This document shows positions 1 through 11,261 of a stretch of 64,000 nucleotides of DNA, one piece after another. The notes under the pieces were generated by a model. The model had not been told where the DNA came from and did no database searches. It worked only from the letters and a program-made list of their open reading frames with translations. Origin of the DNA: Tricharina praecox (Eukaryota); the NCBI RefSeq assembly GCF_024521635.1, contig NW_026250412.1:868001-932000 (forward strand). Reading direction: 5' to 3'. Position 1 is the first letter of the stretch, and each line of letters starts with the position of its first letter. Position numbers and translations under genes: made by a program.

Positions 1-43
1 ACCAAGATCCACCAAGATCCACCAAGATCCACCAAGATCCACC
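1..43 (+). repeat. Tandem repeat (ACCAAGATCC)x4, truncated by the window edge, abutting the LPMO start codon
   Basis: Four exact 10-mers plus ACC immediately before the ATG at 44. Confidence 0.95.
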
Positions 44-1127
44 ATGCGCATTCCCTCCTCCCTCCTCCCGCTCCTCCCGCTCCTCCTGCTGCTACCACTA
101 GTCTCCGCCCACGCCCGCATCAAGTACCCACCCCCGATCGGCGCGCCCGCCGAGGCGCCCGAAGCGAACGCCTACAACGCCCCACTAGCCGCGGACGGCA
201 GCCAATTCCCATGCAAAGGCCTGCACAAGTCCGCCTTGCTCTCCACGTCCGCAACGACCAAGTGGACCGCGGGTGAGAGCGCATATTTCGAGTATCTTCC
301 CACCCCCCCTTCCCACCCTCCCCCGTCCACTTTCACTAACCCCCCTTAGAATCCTCGGCCACTTAATCCCAGGGGCCGAAGGCGCGCTAGCCGCGCACTC
401 TGGCGGAAGCTGCCAAGCGAGCCTCTCCTTCGACGGCGGTGTTACCTGGAAAGTGCTGCACTCGTATATCGGCGGGTGTCCGCGCGGTGTGCCGCTCGGC
501 AGCAACCTGTCCACCGATCCCGACCAGAGATTCAACTTTGTTATCCCCGCGAATACGCGTGCGGGTCCGGCGCTTTTCGCATGGACGTGGATCGCGGTCA
601 CGGGGAATAGGGATGAGTTTTACATGAATTGCGCGAAGGTGGAAATTCAAGGCGGGGGTGGGGATGGGGGGGATATGTTGGAGGAGAGCCCGGATATGTT
701 CCTCGGCGATATGAACGTACAGGGACACATTGGCCAGGGCCAGTGTAAGAGCACCCCTGGGGCGGCGCTGAGGTATCCGAACCCTGGGGAGGAGGTTACC
801 GAACGGCTGGTTGAGGGTATACCATTTAAGCTGCCGACTGATGGGAAGTGCTTTGCTCCTGGGAGTAAGGGTACGGGTACGGGTATGGGTGAGGGTACGC
901 CCGTCAAGGATAAGGATGGCATGGCAGGACCGAGGCCGACGGCGAGCTCGGCGGAGAGTGCCGCTACGAGTGAGGGGGCCGCGGCGGGAACTTCCACGGC
1001 TGATATTGAGGCGTCTGCGCTGCCGACGCCGAAGCCGAAGCCGTCCGGAGAGGTTAAGCTTCCCAGTGTCAAAATCGAAGTGGACGAGAAGGCTGGAACG
1101 TGCAATTGCACTTGTCAGATAGAGTAG
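44..1127 (+). CDS. Secreted lytic polysaccharide monooxygenase, AA11-like (2 exons: 44-291, 350-1127)
   Basis: Signal peptide ends ...PLVSA, followed by His1 (HARIKYPPP). Motifs FPCK, HSGGSCQASLS, GGCP, FAWTW and GNRDEFYMNCA supply the His brace and axial Tyr. GT..ACTAAC..TAG intron 292-349 joins ORF 44 to ORF 273 in frame. Confidence 0.88.
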
Positions 1128-1304
1128 GCAAGTACCGTAGGTATGTAGGGTTGAGTCGCGTCGTGATTGGATTATCTAGATGTATCTATACTATTTACTA
1201 GTGCTCTAGGTACACAAGGCTGAAGGCGATCATCCACGATTACAACCTGTCGGCCGGCTCCGACACTCACAGCCACCGAACGACCCACCATGAAGCGCAG
1301 TCAA

Positions 1305-1458
1305 CCTTACTTACCTTACCTTACTTACCTTACTTACCTTACTTACCTTACTTACCTTACTTACCTTACTTACCTTACTTACCTTACTTACCTTACTTAC
1401 CTTACTTACCTTACTTACCTTACTTACCTTACTTACCTTACTTACCTTACTTACCTTA
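1305..1458. repeat. Perfect 9-mer tandem repeat (CCTTACTTA)n, about 17 units
   Basis: Directly visible; produces the spurious KVS-repeat ORF. Confidence 0.97.
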
Positions 1459-2229
1459 GTCTGTAAGCATGTACATGTAATTGTAGGCAACAGCGAAGGA
1501 GGCGGTGCACAGCCACCACAGCAGCAGCGCACCAGCAGCAGCCTCCTACGGTACATAAACTACCCCTGTCGCACGCCCGGTGAGCTGGGGCGCACGCTCT
1601 CGCTCGAGCATGTGCAGGGTGCATGGATTGTGCATGTGCATATGCAGCCCATCCATCCATCCATACATCCATCCAATGCTGCTGGATAGCTGCGGGTGCT
1701 GGCTTACGGCATCACTAAACAAAAAAATCTACTGTACTGTGGTGGGACCTCAGGTACTCAGGGCGTTCAATGTGTGCGATGTGTGCGCGCACGAGACATG
1801 GTTCTTGTGTGCTATGGATAGAATGTTCAGTGAACAGAGAGAATGTGAGATCAAGGCGAACAGGAAAAATGTTCTTAGCAATGAAATGGACGGACAGAGA
1901 GAATAATCAGACAGAGAGAATTGGTTGGCAAATAAGCCAAGAAAAACGTTCCGCAGCAATGAACACCAACAGACAGAGAGACAGAGAGACAGAGACAGAG
2001 AGAATCGGTTCGCAAACCGCAAGCAACGCAGTAATTCCAGACCCTCCTCCTAGATCATCACTCAAATCCTCCCCCAGATCCTCCTCTTCCCACTCCTCCC
2101 CCTCCCCCTCTGCCGCCGCATTCCCAGCCCTGTTCTGCCTTGCCAGCAGACTGGCCAGATAATGGCCCGGTACCGAAGTGGAGATTCGACAGCCATGTAC
2201 CACGACCGTGTTGAAGATCCAGCGATCAA

Positions 2230-2566
2230 TCAATCGCGCTCGAACGAGCCAGGTAGTATCGAAAAATAGCGATTCGACTCAACCGTCGACTGGGAGTCAT
2301 AGGTGAAAGTATGTTTTGTGTGTTTTGTATTTTTGTGGGGACGTTACTTGCCGTAGCTCTGCGAGAAAGTTAGCCCTCTGCTGGATCACGGAAAAGGGAA
2401 AGGGAGACGGGGAACGTACGTAGTAGCCACTGTTGGGCCACATCGCCATCGGCATCGGCTTCAGGTCCGGCGTGGGAAGGCGCGGGGGACGCGGCGCCGA
2501 CGGGCGGGGCGCGCTGGTCGTCGTGGTGTAGTACTGCGCGGAGGAGCTGGTGTTGGGCTGCGACAT
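2230..2566 (-). CDS. Possible small Pro-rich hypothetical protein (~92 aa, 2 exons)
   Basis: ATG at 2566 (MSQPNTSSSAQYY...LAELRQ), GTAACG donor, CCCAG acceptor, then STVESNRYFSILPGSFERD-stop. No recognisable domain. Confidence 0.4.
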
Positions 2567-2715
2567 GGTGGAGGAGGTGGTGATGTACTGATGTGTTGAT
2601 GTGTTGATGTGTTTGGGAGGAGGGGTGGGGTGGAAGGCACTTGGGTATTTGTCTTTCTCGGGAGTGTATGTAAAGAAAGTTCGCAATGGGGCCGGTGGGG
2701 GGCGGGCTTATATAC

Positions 2716-2941
2716 CTACCTACACACCTGCACACCTGCACACCTACCCACCTGCACACCTACCCACCTACACACCTGCACACCTACACACCTGCACACC
2801 TACCCACCTGCACACCTACCCACCTACACGCCTGCACACCTACACACCTGCACACCTACCCACCTGCACACCTACCCACCTACCCACCTACACACCTACA
2901 CACCTACACACCTACACACCTACACACCTACACACCTACCC
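2716..2941. repeat. Imperfect 8-mer microsatellite (CACACCTR / CACCTACC)
   Basis: Directly visible. Confidence 0.9.
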
Positions 2942-3103
2942 AGCCCAACTGCACGAGATCCTCAGTTGCGGTAGGTATCCATCGGTTTTGCGCAGCAAGG
3001 CTGATGGAGGTGAGTGGAGTGGAGTGGAGTGGAGGGCATGGGATGAGATGGCATGGCATGGGATGGATGGATGGATGGGACGGAGAGCGCACATCAACTT
3101 ACC

Positions 3104-3181
3104 TCACTTATCTCACTCACCTCACTCACCTCACTCACCTCACTCACCTCACTCACCTCACTCACCTCACTCACCTCACTC
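3104..3181. repeat. 9-mer tandem repeat (CACCTCACT)n
   Basis: Directly visible. Confidence 0.9.
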
Positions 3182-3406
3182 TCGACCTGTCAGCCAGTGC
3201 TCCGGGTTCGGTAGCACGCACACAGCACACAGCACGCCGCACGCACAGTACAGTAAGTGAGTACCATACCTTACCCATAAACTGCCCCCCCCCCCCTCCC
3301 CCACCCCAGCGAGCGATCCTCAGGAACACCCACCCACCCACCCACCCACCCACCACAATCTGTGCATCACTTCATATCATATCATATCATATCATATCAC
3401 CAGTAA

Positions 3407-3510
3407 TCAAATCAGCCTCAAAATTCAAATCAACCTCAAAATTCAAATCAACCTCAAAATTCAAATCAACCTCAAAATTCAAATCAACCTCAAAATTCAA
3501 ATCAACCTCA
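3407..3510. repeat. 18-mer tandem repeat (AAATTCAAATCAACCTCA), about 5.5 units
   Basis: Directly visible. Confidence 0.92.
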
Positions 3511-3671
3511 CAAGCGCAAGCATTCTCACGCCCGCACGCATCAGTCCAGTGCAGTCAGGTTCGGTGCTCTACCGCACATACTCTGCAACTCTGCATATGC
3601 TACATAGAGTAGAGCACTCTGCGCTAGCCGGGGTTCGCGTCGGCGTCGGGTCTGCCCCGCGCGACGTCAGT

Positions 3672-3777
3672 CAGGTCGGGACAGGACAGGACTGGACAGG
3701 TCGGGACAGGACAGGATTGGACAGGTCGGGACAGGACAGGACTGGACAGGTCGGGACAGGACAGGACAGGACAGGAC
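3672..3777. repeat. (GGACA)n-type 5-mer microsatellite
   Basis: Directly visible. Confidence 0.85.
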
Positions 3778-6615
3778 GCAGGCGGGCCTTTGTCACACGC
3801 ACAGCAGGCACACAGCAGGCACAGAAACTCTGCACTCTGCACTGCCGCCCAGACTTTGAGCCCGCGCACTTTGATGCTCACTCTGCTCACTCACTGTGGG
3901 AGCGGTGGGAGCGATGGGGTCGGTGGTGCGCGCAATGATTGGCGGCGGCGGCCTGGCTGCGGTGCCTTCTAACCAGCAATTGCTCTATCTACATACTTGG
4001 TTACCCCTTTCGCGCGGTGCATACATACAGCAGTAACTACGGCGGTGTCGAGCTCGCCGGGCGCCGCTGGTCGTCGGTTCTCTGAGTTCCTCTAGCGTGG
4101 TTCAGCCTCATCCAGCGTCTGGCACCCACTGCCTGCAGGGATCCTCTACTAACTACTAGCACCATACCATATCAACACACGGCACTTATCCAGCACGGCC
4201 ACACTCGCTCAACTCACGCACGACTCATCATGATGTCGTGCCTAGTTGCCCACCTAGTTACCCACATACTCCACCTAGTTTCCTAGGGAATCTTACAGGC
4301 TGCCGCAAGAAATGACGGGATGACTGGGGCTCGGGGAGGAGCTTGGACCTGATAAGGGGCAGTGTGAGCGTGTGAGTGTGCATTACCGTCTCAGCGCCGT
4401 TCCAGCGCCGTTGCAGGGGCTGCATGGGGAGTCACTCGAGCGTTGAAACACGCGGGGGAGGGGGTGAGGCCGCGGACGTGCGTATAGTGGAGTGTGCTAG
4501 TACTGGTACATAGGGCTGTGGATCCCGCTACGACGGTTGAATCGACATGGATGGGGCGGGTAGGTATGACGAGTGTGTGTGTGAGTGTGTGTGGTGGGTG
4601 GTGGGGGAGGAGGAGGATGAGTAAGAGCGAAAGGCAGTCAGTGGAGTGGAGTGGAGGAGGGGGAAGTCGCGCTCGCTCGCTCGCTCCTTGGCCATTGGTC
4701 CTTGCCAGTCCTTGCCAGTCCTTGCCAGTCCTTGCCAGTCCTTGCCAGTCCTTACTCCTTGGTTCCTTGCTTTTGGATCTGCGTGAGATGAGAGATGGTT
4801 TCGTTCGTTTGTTAGGGGTGGAACGCCAGCGCCGGCGCTTCTATGCGCTCCTATGGACCGGGCCACACCACACACCGCAATGGAGAAGGGGTAGGTACAG
4901 AGGAGACTGTAAGAATATGCTCACGGAGTATAGATGCATGGCCTCGACCGGCCGAGTGCCCACTGCACGCACCGAGGGGTGAAACACACTTCGATACTGT
5001 AGGTAGGGCTGCGGATTCGAGGAATCCGGAAATTATCACGGGCTCTCAGTGAGATTAAACTAAATCCGTCCGTCCGTCTGCATAGCTCTAGCATAGGTGC
5101 GGAGCGGATGGGCGAATGGGAATCATCACACCTCATCACATCGCACCTCACCCCCCTACGAGGTATGGGGGTAGGCAAACTTAAAAATGCCCGTTAATAC
5201 CTACCTAGCCCATGATCACGGAGTTCGGATCTAGAGTAACTAAGCCTGAGGGTGTGGGTGAGGGTGAGGCCTAGGGAGGATCCTAAAATATCTGCCGGCT
5301 TCTATCCCATCCCAATCGTTCGGAAATCACATCACCCCCCTCATGACCGACCACTGGCCAACCGAGTCCTCGGATCTACATAGCATCCTAAGGGGCCCGC
5401 CATTGCCATTAAGAATAGATTAGAAAATAAAATGTAGCCTAGGCCATCCACTGGAAATTGATGCTAGAAAGATCGTCATGGCTCACCAACGAGACTCGAC
5501 GCCAGCCTCTGAATGCCCCCCCTTCCCACCCGCCCCATCCGCTCGATTAGATTTCCAGGAATACCTACCGACCTATGTAGGTACTTGTGCCCAGAAAACT
5601 CCCTCCTTGTGGTCCTCGCCGTTCTCCTTATTTTCCAGCCTGATGATTGATCGCCGTTGATATACCAGTATTAGGTACTTACCTAAAAAGTATGTATTCT
5701 CGTCTTAGCTGCGCTGTCCTGTCTCCTTGAAACTCGAATATTCGCCCAGCCTACCTATAGTACCCCAGTGCCCACTTCATGTTTGCAGAGGCGGTAATGG
5801 TGATTAGTATTTGGTAGGTAGTGGAAGGTCGTAGGTGGTGGTCCGCACTTCGGCATGATCTGTCACTCGAGCAGAGAATTTAGTCTTCGGGTGTCCTTCT
5901 TCGTGCCGGCCGGCCGGTTGGGTTGGGGGGGATTGATTGAGCCAGGCATTCGCAGAAGGTCAGCCCCCTACCCTTACGTCGCCCCTGATGTGGCTGACCT
6001 CAGCGATAATCCCACGTGCTGGAGAACCCACGCTCCAGCACACATCCCCACAGGAAGTTCAATGTTGCAGGCATTTTAAGCGCGGACGAAGCAAAAGCCA
6101 GGCACACTAGCGGCGGCCGAGTCGGGGCCCGGGGTGGAAAGTTTATCCCATTCGGATCTGGTAGACGGGCGGGTGGGTGAGGCCAGGTGGCCGGCATGCG
6201 GTACATATCACTCGTTTGTCATCCACTGCGGCTGTTGAAACTGAGAGAAGAACTTGATTTAATTGATGAGATGATTAAGAAAGATGAGTTATTAAATTGA
6301 AGAGACTGCTTTTAAAGGGAAACAACCAGCCCGTGTACTAGGTAGTAAACAAAAGGGATAAAGCCTCAGAGGTTCAGACAGAGAATCGTCCCTAAGTACA
6401 TACGGTACTATAGGAAATTTGCCGGACTGGGCTACTATAGGGACATAAGTAAGAACACCCGCAAAATCTCCGCAAGATGAGCTGACCGGTTACATACTCT
6501 GGCTAAGCAAAGCCTGCACAGTAGCCCCTCGAGCTTATGTATGAACCGGTCCTCGGGAGGCAACCTAGAGCTTAACTAAGACCCGAGCACAAATGGTGAG
6601 GATAGGGGATTGATT

Positions 6616-6712
6616 ATATGGATGGATACGGATTGATATGGGAGGATATGGGAGGATATGGATTGATATGGATTGATATGGATTGATATGGATTGATATG
6701 GGAGGATACGGA
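6616..6712. repeat. 10-mer tandem repeat (GATATGGATT / GATATGGGAG)
   Basis: Directly visible. Confidence 0.85.
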
Positions 6713-7121
6713 TGATCAATTGCCGTCACTCGGTGGTCTCCGCCAATTCCTCTAATCTCCTGTGGGGCTGCAAGCCGAATTCACCGCCATCAAGGTTAGG
6801 AAGATGAGGATACTGGCTACCGAACGATATGACGAGTGATGTAACGTCAACGTGCTCGTATAAGTATAAGATGTAAGTATAATCATAGATAAAGTAAATA
6901 CAAATTATCCAGGGCTTCCAACAAGCAAAAAATACAATAAAAACTACCACTCTCCCTGCCCAGTGCCTACCCTCGCTCGCTCCCGCTGATATACACACCT
7001 GATTAAAACCAATAACTGCCCATGGGCCAAAGTATTTACAAGAAAGTGACCACCCACCCCCCATCACTCATCACCCGCACACCCGCACACCCGCACACCC
7101 GCACACCCGCACACCAACACA

Positions 7122-9006
7122 CTACCCCACCAAAACCTCGACACTACCCACGCCATTAACCGCCTCGATCCCGCCCGCATCACGATCTCCCCTATACCCC
7201 TCAACGACATCCCTCTCGTTCCTCTCCGTTACCACGCCCTTGCCACGGACATCCACGACGCCTAGTCTCGAAGTCGCACGCACACGGCCCTCCCAGTCGC
7301 TGGGGTACCTTACCGCGACGGCACCAGTGCGAGTTTCATGTCGTCCCCAAACACTCTTCCCGTGCAGCAGGTGTTTGAAACCGACAACGATATTGCCCGA
7401 CTTCGTTTCTGTAGTGACATCTGCGTCGGCATCGCCAACGGGGACAAAGTCGACCCGGATCGTGCCCGTGTGCGTCGACAGGTCCGCCTTGAGGCCGAGG
7501 AGGATCTCGCCACTGATGCTGCCCGTAGTGCTGGAAATGTCCGCGGTGTAGTTGCGGACCGGCGCTTTGCCGGCGCCGCCGCCGATAATGCTGAGGTGGA
7601 TCGAGCCGCTGTCGGCTTTGGCGGTGAGCGCGGCGGGGGAGAAGGGCGTGGCGAGCGGCCGGATCGCTGCGTTGATGTTGCCCGCTGACGTCTCGAGGCA
7701 TAGGTGTCCGCCCAGGTCGTAGGTGCCGCTTATGCTCCCGAAGGAGGTGCGCGCGGTCGTGCAGTTGCTGACCTGCGCGTCCTTGGAGAGGTGGATCCCG
7801 CCGTGGGAGGTGGCCGCGAATAGAGTTTCGAGGCTGATGCCGTCGGCGAGGGAAATGGCCAGGGAGGTGGTGGATAGGGATAGCTCCTTTACTGAGCGTG
7901 GGAGAGTGATGACTATGTGTGCGGTTGCGCAGATTCTCTGCTTGGTGTACCGCTGCGCTGAGAGGATGTTCGCCTCCGTCGTTGAAGACACATCGACAAG
8001 TGAGATGAGCTCGGCCAGGTCATCGGAGAAGGCGAGTGACAGCGCAGATTCGGACGAGGAAGCAATGGTGTACGATACTGTAATATTTGCGGCGTCGGGA
8101 TCCTTGGCGGTTTGGACAAGTACTGTGCCGTCCAGCATGATCCGCCGCGCCGACAACGCCTCTGCGAAACTAAAGATATCTCCCGCGGGGAGCGAGTGCG
8201 TGCCGTGCATTGCGAAGGCATCCTCGGGGGTGACGTTGCAGCCCTGCGGGAGTAGTACCTGTTGCGGGATGTTAACACAGATCTTACTTGCGCAGACCGT
8301 ACGGGGAGGTTACTTCAATTTCTGCGAACGTGTGCTTCATAATACTGCGGCCATAGACCCAAAACAACAGTGGGAACAGGAGAACGAAGAGGGCAGTCGT
8401 GCGAACACAGCCGCTGCGCCTGCGCTTCCCACCATGCGCCGGCAGCGTGCGCGACGACCGTGCTCCAAAGCACCTCCATCTAGCCCTTGGCACCAGCGGC
8501 GTCTGCGCTGATATATCCTCAATTTCCGTCGGCGGGACATACGTAGATGGCGGCCTCGTATCCACACTCTCCTGCTCATGCTCATCCGCCGACTCTGGCG
8601 GCGTCCACTCGGTCGTGTACGACGGCGCATACTCACTCGTGCGTGGCGTATAGTCCATGGACGACCTCTGTCCATAACTCCGATCCGACATCGACTCCGG
8701 CGCTCGTCGTGCAGGGAACATGTACTCGTACCCCCCCGCCGCCAACGCCGCCGGCGGTGGCGGCGGCGAAGGCACCCGCTGCGAGTTCACGTACGTATAT
8801 GACGACGACGACGATCGCGAGGTCTGTGATGCTGTTTCCGCATCCTCCTCCACATCCGCATCCGTCTCCGCGTAGACATGGCCATATGACGTGCCCACGT
8901 GCGGCTGCTTGGAGATGTCGTCCTCCTCGGGGGACGGGTCGACTACGTCCTGGGGGAGGCCATGCGGGCGGTAGCTGTGGCCACGGAAGCCGTCGGCGTC
9001 AGTCAT
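7122..9006 (-). CDS. Type II single-pass membrane protein with C-terminal DUF4097/adhesin-like beta-repeat domain (2 exons: 9006-8314, 8258-7122)
   Basis: Disordered acidic N-terminus, basic patch plus TM helix (TTALFVLLFPLLFWVYG), and C-terminal repeats of T-x-x-G-x-I (TSHGGI, TSFGSI, TSAGNI, TTGSI, TKSGNI). GTAACC..TTAAC..CAG intron 8259-8313 fuses ORF 8284-9153 to ORF 7122-8210 in frame. Confidence 0.75.
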
Positions 9007-9627
9007 AACTCTGTTTTTGTTTTGGCTAGGTAGGTGGAATGTATTCACGTCGTCGTCCTCGTCGTCAGGAATGTGAGTTTGATTTGACTTTGACTGACTG
9101 ACCGACTGACTGGCTGTAAGGAGGAAAGGATGGAAAGGGAAAACTGTCCACACGACTGCTGGGCTGGGCTGGATGGAACCCGAACCGGGCGCGCTACTCT
9201 GTTATCTACTCGATGACTCCGCCCTCCCGCACCTCTGCCTAAAGTTACGAATCCAACGCGTCAGCACCACGCGGGGCGGTGCACGTCGTGTAACCAACAG
9301 TGCGGGGTGCTGTTGGGTCTCGGTTGGCTGGTTTGTGGGAGGTTATCAGGTACGTCACACACGTTGGATTCAAGCTTTGTTTGGGAACCCTGTGGAGACC
9401 CTAGCCAGACCCCAATTCGTTGCGCTGCGGCTGGATGTTTGCCCGTGTCACTGTCCAGGACTCCAAGCGACGTTTACCTCACCGCCGTGCGCAGAGATAC
9501 CAACAAGCAAGGTGGCCTTTATGCATAGATCCGCGATAACACGATAGCCATGACGAATCATCAAACCAGCATTATGTACATACACTCAGGAAAAAGAACA
9601 TACATGGGAAGAGCGCATCACCCACCC

Positions 9628-10479
9628 TCACTCGACCGCCGCTCCCTCCACCTCCGCAGCGGGACCACCCCCGACCGTAAGCCCCTCACATGCCTCGGTG
9701 AAGACCTTTCCATTCCCCTCTCCGAGCGGATCGACAACCGCCCACCAAACCCTCTCAAACCAGCCCTTAAACTCGCTCTCCTGCACCACCGCCGCCATAT
9801 CCCTAGCGGTAGCCGCAGGCGGACACCCATAGGCGCCACATCCCATCGCGCCCAGCACAAGATTCCTCCTCCCATTGCCCGCCGCCATCCTCAGCACGGC
9901 CCTAACCTTCTCCAGCAACCCCTCCCTCACCACCGGATCCGCAAACTCCCCCTTCCTGACCCTCTGCCAGCGTGGCGCAGCGATGGTAACAACCCCCAGC
10001 ACGAGCACCTCGTCATCCGGCAACCTCTTACACTCATTCGCGAGCGTATCGCGATGCACAACAACGCCCGGACTCCATATCCCGCCGGCAACACTATTGG
10101 CCCACGGATACCACTCCTCGCGCAGCGTGGCATACAGCGTCGACGAGTAGCACAACGCCTCCTCCTGCGTCTCGAGGAGGGTACGCTTCCAACCGCCGGC
10201 GGGCTCGAGGTCCGACGCCAGGTTGAGCACTGCCGTCTCGGAGGGTACCGCGCCGTCGCGGATCATCGCCCGTGCAGCGGAGTAGGTGTCTAGGTTGACA
10301 ACGCGGGTGAGCGCCGCGGGGAGGGAAGGGCTGTCGGCCGCCGGGAGCGGCGCGAGGGTAAGGTGGAAGGAGGAATCCGCGGTGGCCCCTGCGGAGGAGA
10401 AGGTGCTGATGATGTCGGGCGTCTCCGAGAGGACGGCAGAGGCGATGGCGGCCCGCGCGGTGGGCGTTAAGATAGGCAT
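9628..10479 (-). CDS. Microbial-type poly(ADP-ribose) glycohydrolase (TIGR02452/DUF2263 macrodomain)
   Basis: VLNLAS...PAGGW...QEEALCYSSTLY matches the GG(G)-X-QEE PARG signature. Also WSPGVVVHR, TIAAPR and LVLGAMGCGAYGCPP. Single exon. Confidence 0.88.
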   Translation of the reverse strand: MPILTPTARAAIASAVLSETPDIISTFSSAGATADSSFHLTLAPLPAADSPSLPAALTRVVNLDTYSAARAMIRDGAVPSETAVLNLASDLEPAGGWKRTLLETQEEALCYSSTLYATLREEWYPWANSVAGGIWSPGVVVHRDTLANECKRLPDDEVLVLGVVTIAAPRWQRVRKGEFADPVVREGLLEKVRAVLRMAAGNGRRNLVLGAMGCGAYGCPPAATARDMAAVVQESEFKGWFERVWWAVVDPLGEGNGKVFTEACEGLTVGGGPAAEVEGAAVE

Positions 10480-11261
10480 GGGTTTGGGTTTGTTGGTGGG
10501 GGAAAGGGCGGGGAATGCGCGGGGTATTTATCTTGTGAGACGTCCTGCCAGAGGCCACCGAGGCCACCGAGGCAACGGCGTCAGCCTAGAGCTGTTGATC
10601 CGCTGTTGATGCTAGATATGTAGACCATGGTGCTAAGAGTCAACATCGTCAGACTAAAGCTGTTGCTGCCTGGTAATTAGATGGTTGGCGTTGATGAGTC
10701 TACGTCGTTAGCCAAGCTGTCGATGCTAGGCAGCTAGATAGGCGGACAGTTGATGCCGATGAGTCTTCACCTCGCCCAGGACGGGAAATTCGAGAATCGA
10801 GATGATAATACTACGGTAAGCTAGGTATCCACATCGGTACATACAGAAAACCCCCCTCAAAGCTCAAGCAACAGAAACCGAAACCCCCATCTTTTCACGC
10901 CAGAAGCTCTCCATCCCATCCATCCCATCTCACCCCATTCAATTCAATTCCATTCCATTCATGACGGCGTATCGTCCTCCTCTTTAAACAAGTATCATAA
11001 TCAAAAACAACAAAAGGGCATTAATGTGGTTGGTTAAAAGTATGAGAAAAATACAAAACAAACTCTTCGATACTATAAAACTATAAACTCCCGCTTCACG
11101 CCCACCTAGATAGAAAAAAAACACATGCATGCTCATACAACAGCACAACACCCATAGATGCACCCAACAGAAAAGAAAAGAAAAAACACAGATAGAACAA
11201 TATATGACAGCCTACGCAAAAAAAAAGTAAGAGAAGTAGAGAGAACAAAAGAGACAGTCTC

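Noticed and set aside
1305-1458. (CCTTACTTA)n as a telomere or interstitial telomere
   Set aside because: It does not match TTAGGG, is internal, and is one of many unrelated microsatellites here.
2601-3612. Long ORFs rich in THLHTY / HSP / KFKSTS repeats
   Set aside because: They stay open only because they translate stop-free microsatellites.
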